From Daphnia carinata (lineage: Eukaryota): 64,000 nt of DNA. Positions 59,001-64,000 of the stretch are shown one piece after another. How positions within the stretch are numbered: the stretch's first letter is position 1; each line of letters starts with the position of its first letter. Location of the stretch: contig NC_081333.1 in the NCBI RefSeq assembly GCF_022539665.2, forward strand, positions 2,108,001 to 2,172,000, written 5' to 3'. Made by a program: the position numbers and the translations under genes. The notes under the pieces were generated by a model, which had not been told where the DNA came from, did not search any database, and worked only from the letters and a program-made list of their open reading frames with translations.

Positions 59001-62000
59001 TAAGATCTTTTATTGTTTAATAATTTTTTTTTTTTTTTTTTTTTGTAAAACATTTCTAGGCCTTTTCTAAAAAAAATTGAGCCCTAGCAGCCCAGTTGTT
59101 TAATATAGAGGCTATAAGGCTATCCAAGTGTCCTGAAGCGGTAGGCCTACTGCCTTCCTTTCTTCGCCTTTTTTATTATTACATTCTACGTTAATCGACA
59201 TGGATGAAAGAAGGAAACCTCAATTCTTTTTCATTCTCCTCTAATTATATATTTTTTTTTTTTCTTGGTCGGCTTATTTATTTATTTTGTTTTACTCTTT
59301 TTTTTTTTTTTTTCTATCGTTTTCCAGGAAGCAAAGTAGAAAAAAAAAAACAATAACGGAGTTGTTATTATCTGAATACCTTTGTAAAAGGTGTAACATC
59401 AATCCGTACCATTGGGTGTTGAGGTAGAAAAGCTAATCATTATCAGAGCGCGTTCATCACGATCGATGAAGGTAAAAAGAATTCTATTCTTGTAACACAA
59501 CATCCCGTTCTTGAACCCCCCCCCCTTCTCTTTTTTTTTTTTTTTTGTTGTTGTTGTTGTTTGCGTTTCACTATAACGCGCAAGACAATCAAAGTAGGTT
59601 AGTCTTTAATGTCCTTCTTATCGGTTACTCCCAAACAGAACTTGTCGTCGCATCTTTTTTTTTTTTGCTCTTGTTGTTTTGCTTCCGGATCTGCGTAAAA
59701 GTCGATTTGAGGACAAAAGATGATCGAGTGATATTAATCATCCGCACGATCGAATTTGACAACAGCTAAAAATATTTAAGTGGACCACTGCCCAAATTGG
59801 GCAACAATTTATTTTTGTAATTTTGCATTTGTTTTTTGTTTGTTTTTTAAATTTTTGATTTGCGGTCGACTGGATAGGACATCAATGCGATAGATTCACT
59901 CAACATCAAATTCCAGTGACGAAAAAAGAAAGAACTATTCTGTCCTTCTCAGCGGCATTCTAGTTCACTTTTCAAAAAACCGATGCTCTACTTCACTTTT
60001 TTTTTTTTTTTTTATTTCTTATTTTCCTTATTTTTCTGTTTCTTGTTGCCTGGCACTTCGTGAGCACGCGCGCGCCAACGTGTGTGTAACACATTCGTGC
60101 GTAATAGTCGCAATGCATCGAGGAAGTCCATCGGCGTGTTGCGTTCGAAAAAAAAAAAGGACCATCTGGCGCGCAGTGCAACTTTATGCATTGGGAAATT
60201 TACAAAGAAAAGAAAGACGAAAAAACACTTTTCTTTCATCAACAGCGCGAGCCAACGCCAGGTGGTAACGATACAAAACTCGTTAGGTATACTGATATTG
60301 CGGTTGGTACACATTAAAAATAAAGAAATCCGACCGCAAAACGGGCGACAGGTCCGAATCCAAAATTACATAAGTTGCATGTCACGCCATCTGTCAAATA
60401 AACAGTACACTAGTGCGGATAAAGTAATTTTTGTTCAGTTCGCCGTGCATAGATGGCGATAGATGTCTGACTAAAGAAAACGAAGCAGGGGGAGGAAGAA
60501 GCCCCATCCTTGAAAGACGCTAAAGGTAGCCAATAAGAATGGCTGCGCCCGGTGGCGTCACCGCGTAGGGCCATAAACCCGTAACATCCTCGTTCTTAAC
60601 CGAAAGTCGGTTTTTTGTTTATACTGCGGCTAGATAGCCACCTAAACAAATGGTTGCAGCAACACGCCTAACGAGAAAATTTTGGAGATCCTCGAAAACG
60701 CCATCTACTATTGATCTCATGAATTCATCATTAGCATAACTACTTGGAACTATCCCTGAAAATCCAAAAAAAAACTCACCAGAAAATTCTTAAAAGGAAA
60801 GAAGGAAAAAAAAACCAGTTAGAGGAATATTATTATGTGCGTGGAGGACACTTTTTTTGTTGTCTAGTAAAATCCCGTTTACGTCATTTTCAAAATAAAA
60901 GCCGACCATGCATTTACTTGTTCATGACACTGTGTGAAATATTAAGTTTATTTCATTGAAATCACTATCAAATACAATTACATTTTGTTTATTAGTTCTG
61001 AAAATGTTTAATACAAAAAAACTAAATTACGTTTTAACGTATTTATTGGTAAGTTAAGAATCGATGCCGCTTTGAATTGTTCATCTTTCTTCAAGGAAAC
61101 CATCTTAGTTATTCCTTTCTCTGCTAGGGGCGCTGCTACAAGGCCCGCCGGCTGCCCACACACGAAAAAAAATTAAAAAAACAGTTCACACACACACACA
61201 TACACGAGAATATCCAAGTCTACACACACACACACAGACACACACACACACAGGTTGTTCTCTCTCACTCAGGTTGTATTCTCCCCCCCCCTTCCCCTAA
61301 TCCGCCCTGAAGCACAGTTAGACAGGTAGGGCTGGGTTTCCATCGCTGCCTCTCTCTCTCTCTTCCCCAAGCCAACATTCCACCATTTGTAAGAGGCCAG
61401 GTGTGTGTGTCGCATCCGACGAGTTGTTTTCTGTTACGTTGTGCTGCTGCTGCAAAGTACCTTGAATGTAAAATCTATTGTGTTTTTGTGTGCTGCTCAA
61501 TATCGTACTTGTGTGAACACCTTGATTCGTCAATCATCGGATATCTATTTCGTCAAAGTGCAACAGTGTTTTGTTTTTACGAAGGTAAACTGGTGTGCAT
61601 GTGTTTGAAATGGGAAGACAAACGAACTTCTTTGCTCTGTGTTTCTGTTCTCTGACGTAGAGACGCCGCCATTGATCCCCCCCCCCCCGGTGGTGTTTTG
61701 CTTCTTCCTTTTCAGCCCAGGAGCTCATCTCCCTCGTTCAAGTCGCTTCTAATTTGTTGAATTCCAACGTTTTCTTATTTCGATTTCTCTCTAGTTTTTT
61801 TTATCACGAGAAAGAAAACAAGTCATGTTCACGATAGACAACCGACCAATTTCATTTTGACTTCAAATCTCGTTGAGAAACGCTTGTTACACTCACATGC
61901 AACTTCGTTATCAACAAACAAATGCAAAAAAAGAAAAAAGGAAAATGGACAGAATCGACCTTCTGCTGTATGTGCGTTGCAGGGCATTTTGTAATAAGAA

Positions 62001-63170
62001 ATGATAAAGAAAACGTAGAAACACCGAGATAACAAATCATTTGATTTGCTAACGAGATAGACGTAATGTTTTGTGGATTAAAAAAAAAAGACCTTGGGTT
62101 AAAAACAAAAACAAAAATGGCGAAATTCTTTTGGCGTATTTTCATAGATGGCAAACAAACTGGAACGGTGTCGAAGGCTTAAAAACTTAAAAAAAAAAAA
62201 AATGAGAGAGAAGGGAGAAGGGAGAGACGGGATGTCATCAAGAACTTATCCAGGCCAGTTGGGTCGACCGGCCGCGACGGTTACAGGCTTCTAAACAACT
62301 ATATATTTCGACAGACAGTTGTAGTACTCGTTTATGTCATTCTGTTGTTTTTTTTTTCTGTTTTCTTAGAAAGGTGAAAAAAATAGAAAAGAATTTTCTC
62401 CTTGCAACAACCCGCAAAATGAAATTGTGTGGTTATTAGTAACAAGAAAAACAACCTATCAATTCCTGCAGTTATATTTTTCTCTTTCTGAAAAACTAAA
62501 ACGTTTGTTTTGCATTTCGAGGCTTTCCCCCTTTCCATGTGACTCATTTTGCTGATAACACATCTGAAGCCTTTTTTTTTTTTTTAATCCCAAAATCAGT
62601 TAGTGATACTCGTATCTAAGCTAATGACCAAACGCTCAATTTGCAAACTAATCTCTTGTTTGATTTGTCTTATCCGCAGATCCCACGACTGAGCTTCCCA
62701 ATTGTGCCTTCATTGTCTCTGCTGGCCAGTTGATCTGGCCGCCTTCGTTAACGCCTCGTTTAATTTGCAATTATACTGAAGCCGACCGCCATTGCGCTAT
62801 CGACTCTGAAGGGACACAGCACCGTGCCATGCGGCTGGCGTCGATAATGCCGAACGGCGACGTCCGTTGTTGTTCCGCCGCCTGGTCGGATGTGGTTTGT
62901 TGTCGAATCCCGCCCAACCGGGTCGTGGTTTGAATGCTGCAATAATCTAGCGCCCGCCCGTCCGTAGCTACTGCTGCCCGTTTTTCTGTGTGTGTGTGTG
63001 TTTTGTTTTTTTCGGGGACTCTAATCCCATCAGTTCATCATCGTCGTTCGTTCAGCCGAGAACTAGAGCAAACACTGTGTGCAACTGACGTCTGTTTGTT
63101 TTGCTCCGTGCGTATTGACGGGGGGGACGGACCCACGGTTGGACATTTTGGTGTCTGTGAATTCTTTTGG

Positions 63171-63312
63171 ATGGAAACATTGAGTGCCAAGATGAAGAAG
63201 ACGTCGCTGATGCCCAGATGGTGGAAGAAACGCTTCACGGCAGTCATCACGGAATCGGATCCGTCGTGCAAAGTCGTCTACTTGGGCAATGTTCTAACCG
63301 GCTGGGCTAAAG
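63171..63312 (+). CDS. FAM43: First coding exon of a FAM43-like PTB/PID-domain protein; gene continues beyond the window
   Basis: METLSAKMKK...ITESDPSCKVVYLGNVLTGWAKG followed by donor G|GTACGT. Matches the FAM43 N-terminal motif IT..DP.Y.V.YLGN. Upstream acceptor at 62679. Start could be 63171 or 63192. Confidence 0.8.
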
Positions 63313-64000
63313 GTACGTCACAATGTTTGGTTTACTTTTGTTTTACACGTTATTATTCCGCTCTGTTTCGAGTTTCAACCCCCTTTTTTTTTAAGGTGCG
63401 TGCGTGTGTGTGTGTGTGTGTCTAAAATATATACGCCAGTAAGGCAATCTTATGCAATGTGGCTAACGGTTAAATACGCCGCAAACTGAACCATACTTGA
63501 CAGTAGTTGCGAGTTATTTCTTTACGAGCTGTTTGAAATGCAACATAGTTTGAATTATCGGATCCAGTTTATATCCAGCCGCGTATTGTTAGCTCGCTGT
63601 GCGGATATAACACGGCATCTCACGTCCTGTCGATATGAATAAAGATTGTGGGCAACGATTCAATTTTGTTGTTGTCTGCAAAAAAAAAAAACACAGCTGG
63701 CCCTGCCAACTAGATAGACGCGATTCAGACTATTCAAACGATTCTCAAAGAAAAGGAAAATGTTGAATTCTATTCAATGGATCGATTGGCTAAGACGAAC
63801 CCACTGTCTGGTCACGTGAAACACACACACCTGAGCCCGGAGAAATTCTTTTGCTTCCCCTCTCGCTCAATTCAGAAGGTGTTTTATACGTTTTCTTGTT
63901 GCGTACGTCACGAAAAAAATAAATACGGATTCATGTTAACGCATAAGCAATAGCACCCCCCCCCCCCACAAATCGGGCGGGTGCGAAATTTAGGAATTCT

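Larger units (their letters stand above)
47888..59601. promoter_or_regulatory. Cluster of ROR/HR3/E75-type monomer elements (WAWNTRGGTCA) around the zinc-finger gene
   Basis: Exact matches at 47888-47898, 53098-53108, 53504-53514 and 58024-58034 (-). One-mismatch copies at 50510, 51369, 52618, 54018 and 59591. Confidence 0.55.

Noticed and set aside
50100..62600. Numerous Lys-rich or Phe-rich ORFs
   Set aside because: Translations of poly-A/T and dinucleotide repeats, with no domain signal.

Overview
Eukaryotic, intron-containing arthropod DNA. Very short (~60-70 nt) introns, compact gene spacing and the gene content point to a water flea (Daphnia-like cladoceran); that assignment is inference. 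Exons were chained by hand using splice sites and reading phase. Left to right: smoothened (-, 3' end runs off the window), a secreted-type LRR gene (-, apparently frameshifted after its signal peptide), PDCD2L (+), two tandem phospholipid scramblase paralogues (-), Rap2 (+), a Drosophila-type timeless (+, 15 coding exons, ~1182 aa), ~7 kb without recognisable intact genes, tRNA-Trp(CCA), TBC1D24/skywalker (+), UBAC2 (-), a single-coding-exon two-finger C2H2 transcription factor (-, ichor-like candidate) with ~12 kb of homopolymer-rich upstream DNA, and the first coding exon of a FAM43-like PTB/PID gene (+). No CRISPR array, rRNA or intact transposon was seen. I cannot demonstrate a wholly new system. 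The best leads are regulatory: a cluster of ROR/HR3/E75-type elements around the zinc-finger gene, a GC donor + stop + AATAAA arrangement in UBAC2, a hidden in-phase terminal exon in timeless, a cassette exon in skywalker that may swap the start of the TLDc domain, and a duplicated PKA/CK1 cluster in the Smoothened tail.
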